Under the pieces are notes generated by a model that saw only the letters and a list, made by a program, of their open reading frames with translations, was not told where the DNA came from and did not search any database. This document shows, piece by piece, positions 20,123 through 29,627 of a stretch of 64,000 bases of DNA. This stretch comes from a virus. A program made the translations under genes and the position numbers. Location: positions 32,001-96,000 of the IMG/VR virus record IMGVR_UViG_3300045120_000483; one strand, written 5' to 3'. The stretch's first letter is position 1; the number at the start of each line of letters is the position of its first letter.

Positions 20123-21145
20123 TCACTCTACTGGGGTTGTCAAGTTTCCCTCCAAACAATATTTCTTCCGAATATGTTCCTTGAATTTCTCATTTTTGAT
20201 TAGAACCTCCCAAAAGGAATCATCCTCTTCCAGAGTCTTGCGTTGAGACTTCTTCTCCATTCCTTCACATTGATACCAAGCCCCCGATTGAGTAATCAGC
20301 CCGGACTCTACCCCCTCTTCCAACAAACCCGACCACTTGAAGATGCCAGATTCAAATGAAACTGTAATCGGAATTTTGCTCTTTTCGCGAACCGTTCGGG
20401 ATTTATCGATATTAATAATAAACTCATATCCAGACAATTCCTTGCCATCCTTATCCTGTTTACGTCCAATGACCCAAATATCATTGCCGTTGTAGTAGCC
20501 GCCCCGGCCGCCGCTCACTACTTCTTTGGAATAGGTTTCCTGGGTCTGATAAGTGTGATTGACACAAATCAGAGGAATACCCTTGAGGGTCAATGACGGC
20601 CCAATAATTCGAAACACCGATTTAATTTGTTTTGCCCGGGTCATATCAGCCGCATCATTACCCTTCAGGGCATCGTCAACCTCTTTCTTTGAGGCGATAT
20701 TTCCCAGAGAATCCACAAAGATAAAGACCTCATCCCCCTTTTTCATACTCTCAAGCTGAACAGCAATATCATGCTTGAACATTTCGATATTAGTAATCGG
20801 GGTGTGAATAACCTTATCCATATTGATCTGAAGGGAATTGAAATACCCCTCCGGAGAACCAAACTCCGAATCATAAAACAAGCAGACCCCTTCGGGATAC
20901 TTCCGTTGAAACGACTGTAGCATCAAAAGAGCAAAAATCGTTTTGAAATGTTTTGGGGGGCCCGCAATAATGGTCACCCCCGGTAGCAACCCGCCATCAA
21001 GTTCTCCACACAAGGCGACGTTGACCATGGGGACGACCGTTGATATTCGTTCCCGATCAGCAAAGACCGTTGATTCCGATAGAACGGAGGTCAGTTCGAT
21101 AGTGGATGCTTTTAAAATACGATCCCGCAGGGTTGTATTAATCAT
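20123..21145 (-). CDS. uvsX: RecA-like recombinase
   Basis: AGPPKHFKT, YDSEFG, DSLGN, ADMTRAK, NHTY. Confidence 0.95.
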   Translation of the reverse strand: MINTTLRDRILKASTIELTSVLSESTVFADRERISTVVPMVNVALCGELDGGLLPGVTIIAGPPKHFKTIFALLMLQSFQRKYPEGVCLFYDSEFGSPEGYFNSLQINMDKVIHTPITNIEMFKHDIAVQLESMKKGDEVFIFVDSLGNIASKKEVDDALKGNDAADMTRAKQIKSVFRIIGPSLTLKGIPLICVNHTYQTQETYSKEVVSGGRGGYYNGNDIWVIGRKQDKDGKELSGYEFIINIDKSRTVREKSKIPITVSFESGIFKWSGLLEEGVESGLITQSGAWYQCEGMEKKSQRKTLEEDDSFWEVLIKNEKFKEHIRKKYCLEGNLTTPVE

Positions 21146-21344
21146 GATTTTTTTCCTTGTATATCTCTATGTCTGTTTGTGTTTTTTTGAGTTGAATGAA
21201 AAGTAAACTTTCTAGCTGTTGAAGGGTCACCTTCAGGGCTTCCGACCCTTTACATTCGGAATATAATGATTGCCAAAGTTGACTTTGTAAGTCCAGAGCC
21301 GTTTGAAGCCGTTTTTCTTTCTTTACCAAAATATCATATATCAC
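21138..21344 (-). CDS. hypothetical protein
   Basis: ORF between gp43 and uvsX. Confidence 0.45.
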   Translation of the reverse strand: MIYDILVKKEKRLQTALDLQSQLWQSLYSECKGSEALKVTLQQLESLLFIQLKKTQTDIEIYKEKNHD

Positions 21345-21413
21345 AGTATGACTACTCCTGTTAGGACTCCTGTTAAAATGAATACAACTGCTATCATTAG
21401 CAGTAATTTGAGA

Positions 21414-23933
21414 TTATCCAAGAGCCGCGCCCAGTGTTGCTTTCTTCTCCGTATTCCAACCAATAACGCTGGTAATTGACTGGACCGGGTTTAGAAAAGT
21501 CTTCTCCCATTGGGTCACTCTGTCTACATACTTATCGACATTGATTTGCTTGGGAAGAAAGCCCTCATCCGGGAGGGTAAGAACGTGCGACCGAAAAATG
21601 TTGGGCTCTTTCAAATAGACAAACCGTATCTTGTCCCGGGACTTGATCTTGTTGAATTTGTTTTTCAGTTCATACTTATCGATTTGTTCGTTATAGACAA
21701 TTGCCCCTCTGACATGAATGGGGCAATGCGGTTTGAACCGAAACACCGGGTCAAAATAATCCTCAATCCCGTTGACGGTCTTGGGAAGAGCAATGTCCAT
21801 AACGGACAATCTCATAAACTCCAGTTTAAACTTCTTCACAAGATCGTGAAGGGCTTTTTCATCCTTGAACATAATGATATTCAGGGCTTCTTTCATATGG
21901 TCCCGACAGGCCTTGGGTTTATCGGAACGGGCAACTTCAATACCCTTATAAAGGAGCTTGGGAGGATCATACCTAACCCCCTCCTTATCCAGAACGGACA
22001 TCACATACATCTTCTTGCCGCGCCAAATCGCTTTGGCCGCGATCACTTCCCTCTTCATCTTTACAACATTATTGTAGCTGTTTAGCATTCGGGCCAAATC
22101 AGCACACTGTTTATCGATAAAGGGTTCTAGCTTTTTCTTACAAAGAGCATCAATAAAATCCAATTTCTTTTCCGGAGCAATCTCCAGGGCCTTGGTAATA
22201 GCTTCGACTTTGATATACAAGCTATCCGTATCCCCCGCGACAATAAAATCCTGTCCCTCTGTCTTCAGAACCTTATTCAGATAGATATTGATATTTCGCA
22301 TTACCCACTTGATATACAACTGACCGGTCAAAGTCACCGACTCAGCCAAATTGATATCAAACCACCGGCAATATTCATTGCTCAAAGCGCCGTACAAACC
22401 ATTAGTCAAAATTTTCAATGCATTCTGATAACTATCCAATTGTCCAATTTTGTTCTTGTCGGGATTATCAGACTTTTGCATTTCCAGCATTTCTTGTTTA
22501 ACCACATCTCTATCAGAGATAAACTGATCAACGATGGCCGGGATGAAGCCCCGAATATCTCTCCGATAGACACACTTATTTGCACATAATGTGAGGTTTT
22601 TGTCTTGGAGATATTCGGTAGCTCCATCCCAATTCTCTACGTCGAACTTAGTAAACTCCGGTATTCGATTGAAACCCGCCGTCAGAAACGTTTCCGGAGA
22701 AATGTTATGCTGAGAAATAAGAGAAGGATACAGGGACCTAAAGTCAAAAGAAATCACGTCATGGGAAAGACCAATCTGGGGGTCCAGAACGAAACCCCCA
22801 CTAAAGTCCCGAACAGTCTGGGGTTTGTTCTGAGGGATAACAATTCCCCGCTCCAAAAGATAATTGTGAAGGATCACGTCCCAAGGTTTCACCGTCACAA
22901 AGGCATCATTCAAATTGACCTTGGCCTTGTAAGCCATGGCAAAAATCTGTCGAAGAAACCCCAACTTCTCTTCTAATTTTTGAACCAACACCGCATCATG
23001 AATATTGTAGTCATAGTAGCGTTCGGGGTCCTTCTCATACAAGTCATTCAGACTTTCAAACTCTGAATAATCCAGCTTGCGTTCCCCTAACTCCAGAAAG
23101 GCGATGTTGTCTAGTCGATAGGAATCCCGGGAAGAAGACGTGAATTTCTTGTAAAGCTGAATATAGTCAAGCTGACTGATCCCGGCAATCTCATAGATTT
23201 TATCCGTTCGATTCTCAATATTCTTCGAAGAATTAGACGTTGATTTGCCTCTAACCACATCCTTTTCATCTACAATCCGCCAGGGACTGAGCCGTAACAT
23301 GGCATCCGTCCCAAGAATTCGTTCAATTCTATTAATAAGATAGGGCATGTCAAAACGGTCGGAATACCAACCGCTTACCACATCACAAACCCATTCATCC
23401 GACTCCCAGACATTTAGGAAATCATTCAACATCCTCCTTTCATCCTCATAGAGGACATAGACCACCTTAGGATTCTTCGGGAGATAATATTTGGTTCCGA
23501 AGGTAATAATCTTATCCCCCCGGACTAGAGTGATGGCCGTTACCTCATCCTCCCCTTTCATGGGGTTCGGCATTCCGTTCTTGGAATCGACCTCAATATC
23601 GATAAAATTAATTCGGATCAACCGGGGGTCATAATCCACCTTTCCCGGAAAATGATCGTTGATGAAGGGGTATTTAAAGTTCGTCATTCCATAGAATGGG
23701 ATGTTCGAAACCCCTTCGTAATGCTTAATAAAGTCGCGGGCGGCTCCCAGACTATCGAATTCAACCTTTTGAGCGGAGGTCCCTTCAAGGGTCTTGAATG
23801 GCCCGGGGCCCGGTAAGAAGAGGTAGGGCTTATAATCAATTGTCTCTACAATACGCTTGTCCCCAAGGTATCCGATGAGACAGATTTTATCACGTTTCTG
23901 ATAAACGTTGGTATAAAAATACTTACTTGTCAT
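21414..23933 (-). CDS. gp43: family B DNA polymerase
   Basis: Exo I DIE, FDMPY, YNIHD; Pol SFDFRSLYPS, K...N.LYG, GDTDS. Confidence 0.97.
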   Translation of the reverse strand: MTSKYFYTNVYQKRDKICLIGYLGDKRIVETIDYKPYLFLPGPGPFKTLEGTSAQKVEFDSLGAARDFIKHYEGVSNIPFYGMTNFKYPFINDHFPGKVDYDPRLIRINFIDIEVDSKNGMPNPMKGEDEVTAITLVRGDKIITFGTKYYLPKNPKVVYVLYEDERRMLNDFLNVWESDEWVCDVVSGWYSDRFDMPYLINRIERILGTDAMLRLSPWRIVDEKDVVRGKSTSNSSKNIENRTDKIYEIAGISQLDYIQLYKKFTSSSRDSYRLDNIAFLELGERKLDYSEFESLNDLYEKDPERYYDYNIHDAVLVQKLEEKLGFLRQIFAMAYKAKVNLNDAFVTVKPWDVILHNYLLERGIVIPQNKPQTVRDFSGGFVLDPQIGLSHDVISFDFRSLYPSLISQHNISPETFLTAGFNRIPEFTKFDVENWDGATEYLQDKNLTLCANKCVYRRDIRGFIPAIVDQFISDRDVVKQEMLEMQKSDNPDKNKIGQLDSYQNALKILTNGLYGALSNEYCRWFDINLAESVTLTGQLYIKWVMRNINIYLNKVLKTEGQDFIVAGDTDSLYIKVEAITKALEIAPEKKLDFIDALCKKKLEPFIDKQCADLARMLNSYNNVVKMKREVIAAKAIWRGKKMYVMSVLDKEGVRYDPPKLLYKGIEVARSDKPKACRDHMKEALNIIMFKDEKALHDLVKKFKLEFMRLSVMDIALPKTVNGIEDYFDPVFRFKPHCPIHVRGAIVYNEQIDKYELKNKFNKIKSRDKIRFVYLKEPNIFRSHVLTLPDEGFLPKQINVDKYVDRVTQWEKTFLNPVQSITSVIGWNTEKKATLGAALG

Positions 23934-23972
23934 TCATTCCATGATATCTGAAAACGTCTTCTCTGTCAAGAC

Positions 23973-24194
23973 CTAATGTAACTTTCTCTCATTAGAAGTT
24001 TCGGCGGACGATACCACAAACCGATAACCATCCGGAGAGACCATATAAACCGGTTCCAGACCCGCCTTCTTGAAAATCTCCCCCCGAATCAGGAGGTTCT
24101 TGACATTCAACTCACATGTATAAATGTCCATCTTGGACTTCAACCAATCCTCCGTAACGATATCGTAAGTCGTAAAAACTTCGTAGGGTATCAT
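23973..24194 (-). CDS. hypothetical protein
   Basis: Start re-called at MIPYEV with GAGGGAG RBS. Confidence 0.6.
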   Translation of the reverse strand: MIPYEVFTTYDIVTEDWLKSKMDIYTCELNVKNLLIRGEIFKKAGLEPVYMVSPDGYRFVVSSAETSNERKLH

Positions 24195-24217
24195 TGCTAC
24201 TCCCTCATTCTCACTTC

Positions 24218-24235
24218 TGTATTTAGCTAAATACA
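24218..24235. promoter_or_regulatory. palindromic back-to-back late promoters
   Basis: Perfect 18-bp palindrome TGTATTTAGCTAAATACA gives CTAAATA on both strands between divergent genes. Confidence 0.6.
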
Positions 24236-24238
24236 TGT

Positions 24239-24607
24239 ATGTTCGGTCTAAGCATCGGTACCAAGCTCATCATCATCTTAGGTCTTGTCCTTTCCCTTCT
24301 GGGAGCGGCGGGAGGAGGCTATCTGTTCATTCAGCATCAGGCCGCCCAAACTCAACTCTTGAAAGACCAAAAAGCTCAATTGGAACAAATCGTTGCCCAA
24401 CAAAACAAAGTCATCGAACAAAATAATGCCATCATGGAACTGGGGGACGCCTCCACCAAGAAATTCTCCGAAGTCATTGATACTCTTAGCTTAAATCATG
24501 AAGCCCTGAAGGAATTTCTATCCTCCCCCGAAGCCAACAAAATGGATAGAGGGTCATCCGACCTACTTAAGAAAACCATAGAAGAATTATCTAAAAAGGG
24601 AAAATAA
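24239..24607 (+). CDS. inner-membrane spanin (Rz-like)
   Basis: N-terminal TM helix plus coiled coil, adjacent to a lipoprotein gene. Confidence 0.75.
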   Translation: MFGLSIGTKLIIILGLVLSLLGAAGGGYLFIQHQAAQTQLLKDQKAQLEQIVAQQNKVIEQNNAIMELGDASTKKFSEVIDTLSLNHEALKEFLSSPEANKMDRGSSDLLKKTIEELSKKGK

Positions 24608-24912
24608 TGAGAAAAACTATTCTAGCATCTATTTTGGGAACTTCCCTGCTACTTGCCGGTTGTAACGAAAATGACATGGTTCAACTTCAGACCCAATACA
24701 AGGTCGTAATCGCCCCCAACTCCTTGTATAATTGTCCTCAGGTCACTAAATGGCCAAAGGTAAAGACCCTGACAGACTTGCAGGTCGCCCGGGTCATGGT
24801 GCAATTGGCCGAAAGCAATAAGATTTGCGCGGCTAGCCTAAATGCCGTCAAGCAGTTCTATGCTGATGCCAAGGTTCGAATTGAGGGTTCCAACCCTACT
24901 AAACGAAAGTAG
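24607..24912 (+). CDS. outer-membrane spanin lipoprotein (Rz1-like)
   Basis: Lipobox LLAGC, internal Cys pair, Pro-rich segment. Confidence 0.78.
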   Translation: MRKTILASILGTSLLLAGCNENDMVQLQTQYKVVIAPNSLYNCPQVTKWPKVKTLTDLQVARVMVQLAESNKICAASLNAVKQFYADAKVRIEGSNPTKRK

Positions 24913-25057
24913 CCTCTTCGATGAGGGGTTTGTCTGCTAGCTGCATTCCCCGTAGGGACTTCAGAAAGTCGATCACTTCCTTCATGGAGGTAAAGAGCTT
25001 GGACTGATTAATCAGTTGCTTTTGCTCATTTCGATATTGATACGATACCTGAATCAT
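24899..25057 (-). CDS. small hypothetical protein (52 aa, MIQVSYQY...)
   Basis: Read by hand; RBS and TTGACA promoter upstream on the minus strand. Confidence 0.55.
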   Translation of the reverse strand: MIQVSYQYRNEQKQLINQSKLFTSMKEVIDFLKSLRGMQLADKPLIEEATFV

Positions 25058-25238
25058 CCAAATCCCCTATTTCTCTCTCATTTAATGCTAAAATTGTACA
25101 GCATCTTCAATGAGTTGTCAAGGGGATTAATTTAACACAAATTCTACCAAAAATGGCATTGACATCCTCCCAGAAATGAACTATTATTTGCAATACTGAG
25201 GGCGACCGCCTTTCAGAGACAACAACCAGGGAGATATC

Positions 25239-25625
25239 ATGACTACATCAAGATTGGCCAAAAAGGCCGGAATTTCCGTGCAGAACGGAGAGGTTATCAA
25301 GCTGAACGTGATCACCACCGGACGCGATAAAGGGGGTGTTCCCATGCAACTTTCCGAAGTGGCGGGAGAAACGACCACTTGTTTCTACACCTTCACGCAT
25401 CTTCCCAAGCCAATGAATAAGCTGGATGCCGCGAAGTACCTTCTGACCCTGCGGGAATATCAGGACCCCGCTACCGTTGCGTACCTACAGGCTGAAATTG
25501 CCAAACGGTCCAAGACGGAAATTACGATAAGAGTGGCGACCGACCCGGATACTACTTCTTCCGGTATTGATGCCATCAAGCAAGCCGTCAAGCAAGTTGT
25601 GAGAGAAGCCGCCCGAAAGGATTAA
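25239..25625 (+). CDS. early hypothetical protein
   Basis: TTGACA-17-TATTAT promoter at 25159; GGGAG RBS. Confidence 0.65.
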   Translation: MTTSRLAKKAGISVQNGEVIKLNVITTGRDKGGVPMQLSEVAGETTTCFYTFTHLPKPMNKLDAAKYLLTLREYQDPATVAYLQAEIAKRSKTEITIRVATDPDTTSSGIDAIKQAVKQVVREAARKD

Positions 25626-25662
25626 TCCTTATGGCAAATTTGCCCTTCGGGAGCCAAAATGT

Positions 25663-25685
25663 AAGGGGGTCTAATCGGCCCCCTT
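25663..25685. terminator. hairpin terminator between convergent genes
   Basis: AAGGGGG-N9-CCCCCTT. Confidence 0.6.
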
Positions 25686-25697
25686 CATCATTCATTT

Positions 25698-26123
25698 TTA
25701 CTTCTTTCCGCCAATGTTATATTTCGCTACAAGAGTATATTCCGACTTTTGGCTGTAGGGGAGAACCTTAATTTGATTGAGGGGAAGCTTATCCTTCACA
25801 AGCTCCGGATTGATAATCTTCAAAAGCCCCCAATCCTCCAGAAGAGAAACAACCAGATTGCGGCGTAACCGGTCCTCTTCGGAAAAATTGGTAGGCTTTC
25901 CATCAATACCAAACAATTCCTTAAAGTGCAGAATAGCATACTTCCCCTTCTTATGAAGGATATGACAGGACTGACATAGGGTCTTACTCTGAGTGGAGGG
26001 AATACCTACTCTTGTCAATGTTTCTCTGATTTTGAGAAAGGCGTCTCTTAGTTGGTCTTCAGCGGCGGCGTTTTGTGGTAGGGAAACCGGTACCCCATAT
26101 CCCCGAAAAGTATCATTTTCCAT
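25698..26123 (-). CDS. regA: translational repressor RegA
   Basis: FLKIRETLTR.G, L.QSCHILHK.GKY.I.HFKELF, RRN. Confidence 0.95.
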   Translation of the reverse strand: MENDTFRGYGVPVSLPQNAAAEDQLRDAFLKIRETLTRVGIPSTQSKTLCQSCHILHKKGKYAILHFKELFGIDGKPTNFSEEDRLRRNLVVSLLEDWGLLKIINPELVKDKLPLNQIKVLPYSQKSEYTLVAKYNIGGKK

Positions 26124-26145
26124 GATGTATTTCCTTTTATTGTTT

Positions 26146-26535
26146 TTATCCGCCCAACTCCATTGAGGTCTTGATTTGGGCCAGATCGTTCTTACTCAGT
26201 ATATTTAGATACTCTTCGGCCTTCTTTCGGTTGACCTGATAATAAGTCATAAGCATTTCAGCCTGTTCAGTTTTTGGCTTCTTGGGCCATTTGGGATAGC
26301 CCCTCTTCATCCTTCGAATGGAATGCCAAAAGTAATCATATTCTTGCTTACCCGGGAGGGGAGCATAGAGGTTCATTTCATTGGCGTAGAAGATAGCATC
26401 TAGATGCTGGGATAGCCCCCGTCTAGTCAGGAAGGCCATTTTCTCATAATCGGCGGCGTCCTGAGGGGTTTGAACCAGATGCTCTTTCTTATCGAAAATG
26501 GAGTTCAGGAACCGAAAGGGTTTATCATCTGTCAT
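26146..26535 (-). CDS. gp62: clamp loader small subunit
   Basis: PF.FLNSI..K, LSQ..D...ANEMN, C-terminal GG; position next to regA. Confidence 0.88.
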   Translation of the reverse strand: MTDDKPFRFLNSIFDKKEHLVQTPQDAADYEKMAFLTRRGLSQHLDAIFYANEMNLYAPLPGKQEYDYFWHSIRRMKRGYPKWPKKPKTEQAEMLMTYYQVNRKKAEEYLNILSKNDLAQIKTSMELGG

Positions 26536-26819
26536 GAGGGGGGGTGCTTGGTCTGAACTATTGCATCATAGACGGCATCTCTCATTTCATGAGAAAGTCC
26601 GAAATCCCATACTTCTTTAGATACTAGAGCAAATCGGTTTATCTCTAGATAATAAAAATCCCTACCATCCAGAGCATCACTACCCGGATTGGTGACATCC
26701 AGTTTAGTTACACCTATGATATCTGACCAATTTATAGGTCCGGGCCCTCTTCCAACATAATCGTATGGGGCCCTTACAATATATCCCGGTACAAGATATT
26801 GTGAAACATGATCTGTCAT
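26532..26819 (-). CDS. hypothetical protein
   Basis: Coupled ORF inserted between gp44 and gp62. Confidence 0.55.
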   Translation of the reverse strand: MTDHVSQYLVPGYIVRAPYDYVGRGPGPINWSDIIGVTKLDVTNPGSDALDGRDFYYLEINRFALVSKEVWDFGLSHEMRDAVYDAIVQTKHPPS

Positions 26820-27008
26820 TTAACCCTCTTTCACAATCTCTCTCTTTTCAAGATCAACAACATGCCACCAGCGTTCTCTCCGGGAGAATTTCTTTACTAT
26901 AATAGGATCAAGCATCGCTTCTTCAAGACTATCATAATCTTGATGGAGGTTATCCCATCCTCCCATACTTGATTCATAGACACCCACAAAAAGCAAATAT
27001 CTCTTCAT
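26820..27008 (-). CDS. hypothetical protein
   Basis: MKRYLLF..GGW.. WWHVVDL pattern; GGAGG RBS. Confidence 0.6.
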   Translation of the reverse strand: MKRYLLFVGVYESSMGGWDNLHQDYDSLEEAMLDPIIVKKFSRRERWWHVVDLEKREIVKEG

Positions 27009-27010
27009 TT

Positions 27011-27946
27011 CTACCTCCATGAGGATTGTATCATTATTTCGACTAGACAAGATGCAAGATTGATCTCTTGATCGACCACAAAAACCGCCATGTGTTGGTA
27101 TTTAGCCAGAATTGTCACAAGCTCTGCCACAAAAGACGGGGCGAAATGCTCCGCAGCCGTATCATAGAACTCCCGAAAGATTGTTTGAGCATCATTCTGA
27201 ACATTCTCTCCGACCCATTTCCGGACATTAGTGAAATCCTTATCCTTGAGGAAAGGAATAAGGGCGGTAATACTAGCTCCCTTCAGATTATTCAGAATGC
27301 CGCTGTCAATAGTCCCCGACATAGAATACTTCTGAAGTTCATTCAGGATACGTCGAAAATCAGGAAAGTGTTTATTGATAACCCCAATTACCGCTTCCTT
27401 TTGGAAGGGAATATTCTCCAGAGTAAGGATTTCACAAACCCGCTTGAAAAAACGGGCGGCGATCTTTGGGCGATCCACTTTACGATTGGTAAACTCAACG
27501 ACAGAACATCGACTCTGAAGGGGAAGAATGATCTTGTTCTGAAAATTAGCTGTTAGGATGAAACCACAATTCTTGGCATACCGCTCCATGAAGTTTCGAA
27601 GAGCACCTTGAGCCACATACGTAATGGAATCGGCCTCATCCAAGATGACGTATTTTCGTTTTCCTTTAAAAGAAACAGAAGAGGCAAACTGAGTGATTTG
27701 ATTTCGGATGGTGTCAATATTGCCATCCAGACCACACGGCACAAAGATGTAATCACAATCCAGTTCCTCCAGAAGGGCTCTGGCGACTGTGGTCTTCCCC
27801 AATCCCGGAGGCCCCACTAAAAGCAGATTGGGGATATTTCCCTGAACAACCATCTGCTTGAAAATCTGGGTAAGGTCTACCGGTAGAATACACTCTTCAA
27901 TTGTATGTGGTCTGTATTTTTCCGGCCAGACGAACTGTTCTCTCAT
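27011..27946 (-). CDS. gp44: clamp loader large subunit
   Basis: W.EKYRP, GPPGLGKTT, ILDEAD, SRC, FPDFR. Confidence 0.95.
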   Translation of the reverse strand: MREQFVWPEKYRPHTIEECILPVDLTQIFKQMVVQGNIPNLLLVGPPGLGKTTVARALLEELDCDYIFVPCGLDGNIDTIRNQITQFASSVSFKGKRKYVILDEADSITYVAQGALRNFMERYAKNCGFILTANFQNKIILPLQSRCSVVEFTNRKVDRPKIAARFFKRVCEILTLENIPFQKEAVIGVINKHFPDFRRILNELQKYSMSGTIDSGILNNLKGASITALIPFLKDKDFTNVRKWVGENVQNDAQTIFREFYDTAAEHFAPSFVAELVTILAKYQHMAVFVVDQEINLASCLVEIMIQSSWR

Positions 27947-27952
27947 AATCTA

Positions 27953-28144
27953 TCACTTTCCTATATCACCAACTTCTAGATATACTCCCGAAGCCTTAAC
28001 ATCAATCGGAAGAATAAAATCTACATGAGGACTAATACCAAAATCAGATACTATATTAGCACAAGGCCCGACCACCCTAACATCAATAATTTGTAGGCTG
28101 TGTTTATCGATTGTCAAACTCAAATACTGTTTACTCATTATCAA
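27953..28144 (-). CDS. hypothetical protein
   Basis: ORF between gp45 and gp44. Confidence 0.45.
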   Translation of the reverse strand: MIMSKQYLSLTIDKHSLQIIDVRVVGPCANIVSDFGISPHVDFILPIDVKASGVYLEVGDIGK

Positions 28145-28326
28145 TCTCCAAGGGTAACAATTCCATTTACCAATTCAACAGATTTCAAAATCTTTAAATT
28201 TGACGAATATCCCATATTTGGATGGGTATTGGAAACAGGTAAATCAGATAGAAGACGAACAGACGAAAAACCACCACAAGTATTACTAATCCTAGGAATC
28301 GTAAATTCCAAATATTGTTTACTCAT
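28141..28326 (-). CDS. hypothetical protein
   Basis: Starts MSKQYL like its neighbour; possible tandem duplicate. Confidence 0.4.
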   Translation of the reverse strand: MSKQYLEFTIPRISNTCGGFSSVRLLSDLPVSNTHPNMGYSSNLKILKSVELVNGIVTLGD

Positions 28327-29005
28327 AGACGCTAGTATCCTCCGTCGCAATGAAATACTTCACATCCTGGGTAGTGAAGACCCCAATTCCGACATCCACC
28401 CCCTTGATCGGGCCGTAGGTGATATCAATCTGATACTCCCCGGGAATGAGCTTCAGAAACTTATCGGCATTAATAAAGACATTAAATTCCTTCTCAGAGG
28501 TTCCAACCTGACAAGTATAAGAGTCCCCCGTAGGATTTTCCGGATTGATACCCTCCACATTAACCTTCCCGTCATTAGCTCTGAGGGAGATTGTTGGAAC
28601 TTTTAGAAAATTGGCCGCCTTGTTTAAGGCCGTGAAATCCTTTTCAAACAGCTTGAAAGAAGTAATAACCGGGGGTAGCGTTAGAGTATTTTCCGGATAG
28701 GCCGTCACTGCTTCCATATCGGCATAGACAAAGTTCAGCTTACGGGTTTCTTCATAGATCGTCAACATTGTATCAAAGAACTCTACCCGGGGGTTCTTAA
28801 ACAATGATAGCGCCCCCAATAGCCGGGAAAGCTCCCCCACCGCAAATTCCTGCGGAATGGTTTCTACAATAGAGGCTTCCGCAATAATATCCTGATGATC
28901 GGTTATAGTCTTCAGAAGGTTACCCGGCTTAAAGTGTAGAGACGGGTTGATTGCGGAGAAATTCGAAATGATATCCTTGGTTCTAGAAGAAAATTCAAAT
29001 GTCAT
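28319..29005 (-). CDS. gp45: sliding clamp
   Basis: NFSAINPS...PGN.LKT, Y.IA.E C-terminus; 228 aa; synteny. Confidence 0.92.
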   Translation of the reverse strand: MTFEFSSRTKDIISNFSAINPSLHFKPGNLLKTITDHQDIIAEASIVETIPQEFAVGELSRLLGALSLFKNPRVEFFDTMLTIYEETRKLNFVYADMEAVTAYPENTLTLPPVITSFKLFEKDFTALNKAANFLKVPTISLRANDGKVNVEGINPENPTGDSYTCQVGTSEKEFNVFINADKFLKLIPGEYQIDITYGPIKGVDVGIGVFTTQDVKYFIATEDTSVYE

Positions 29006-29007
29006 AA

Positions 29008-29391
29008 TTATGTCCTCACATGTTCAATGGCTTTATCAATCGGTTGAGTTCGCCAATCCGGCCACTCCCGATTTTCATTCTTGGTCTGTTTGTATTGTAG
29101 CTTTGCTACAATCTCTTCCGGAGAATGTCCGCTTCTCCAGGCAGCATCACAAGCCAGGATGATGACATCAATCCATTCTTCCAGGTCTTGGCCGTTGACA
29201 TCCTCAATCTCTTTCAATTCTTTTCGGATATGATCAAGAATTCCCTTGGTTCTATCTCCGGGTCCAAAGGTCTTCTCCGAATGAGCTTTCTGACGGTAAA
29301 GATGGGCAACCAAATCAAAAACTGGCCTCACAGGATTAAATCCCCCACAATAATAAGTATCTAATACATCAGGGCTTATAGCAAACGACAT
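29008..29391 (-). CDS. dATP/dGTP pyrophosphohydrolase (DUF550/MazZ-like)
   Basis: TFGPG.R..G..DHI.KEL.E..DL.EW.D...L..D..WR.G..KQ.KN..R.WPDWR. Confidence 0.85.
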   Translation of the reverse strand: MSFAISPDVLDTYYCGGFNPVRPVFDLVAHLYRQKAHSEKTFGPGDRTKGILDHIRKELKEIEDVNGQDLEEWIDVIILACDAAWRSGHSPEEIVAKLQYKQTKNENREWPDWRTQPIDKAIEHVRT

Positions 29392-29411
29392 AATCAAACC
29401 TTTCTTTTCCT

Positions 29412-29627
29412 CTAATACGTATAATTGTTAAATCTCTCAAAGAACGGATCATTCTTTCCTTGAATAGAGACTTCCATTAAGACAGTATAATCCTCTCCAA
29501 ATAGAGTAAAACTCAATTGAGGTTGGCATAATTCATGACAAACCCCTCTCCTAAAGTCCTTAATATCTTCAGGATTTGCATCTTTCAATATCTCTTTAAA
29601 ATGGTCTATCGTTTCAATTTTTGTCAT
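29412..29627 (-). CDS. hypothetical protein
   Basis: Coupled ORF. Confidence 0.5.
   Translation of the reverse strand: MTKIETIDHFKEILKDANPEDIKDFRRGVCHELCQPQLSFTLFGEDYTVLMEVSIQGKNDPFFERFNNYTY

Noticed and set aside
21510-22085. Long antisense ORFs over core genes (also 4253, 27068, 33502, 36213, 40976)
   Set aside because: These are shadow frames of well-supported minus-strand genes, without RBS or motifs.
29008-29391. Declaring a 2-aminoadenine (Z) genome
   Set aside because: DUF550 alone is not enough; purZ and datZ are not in the window.
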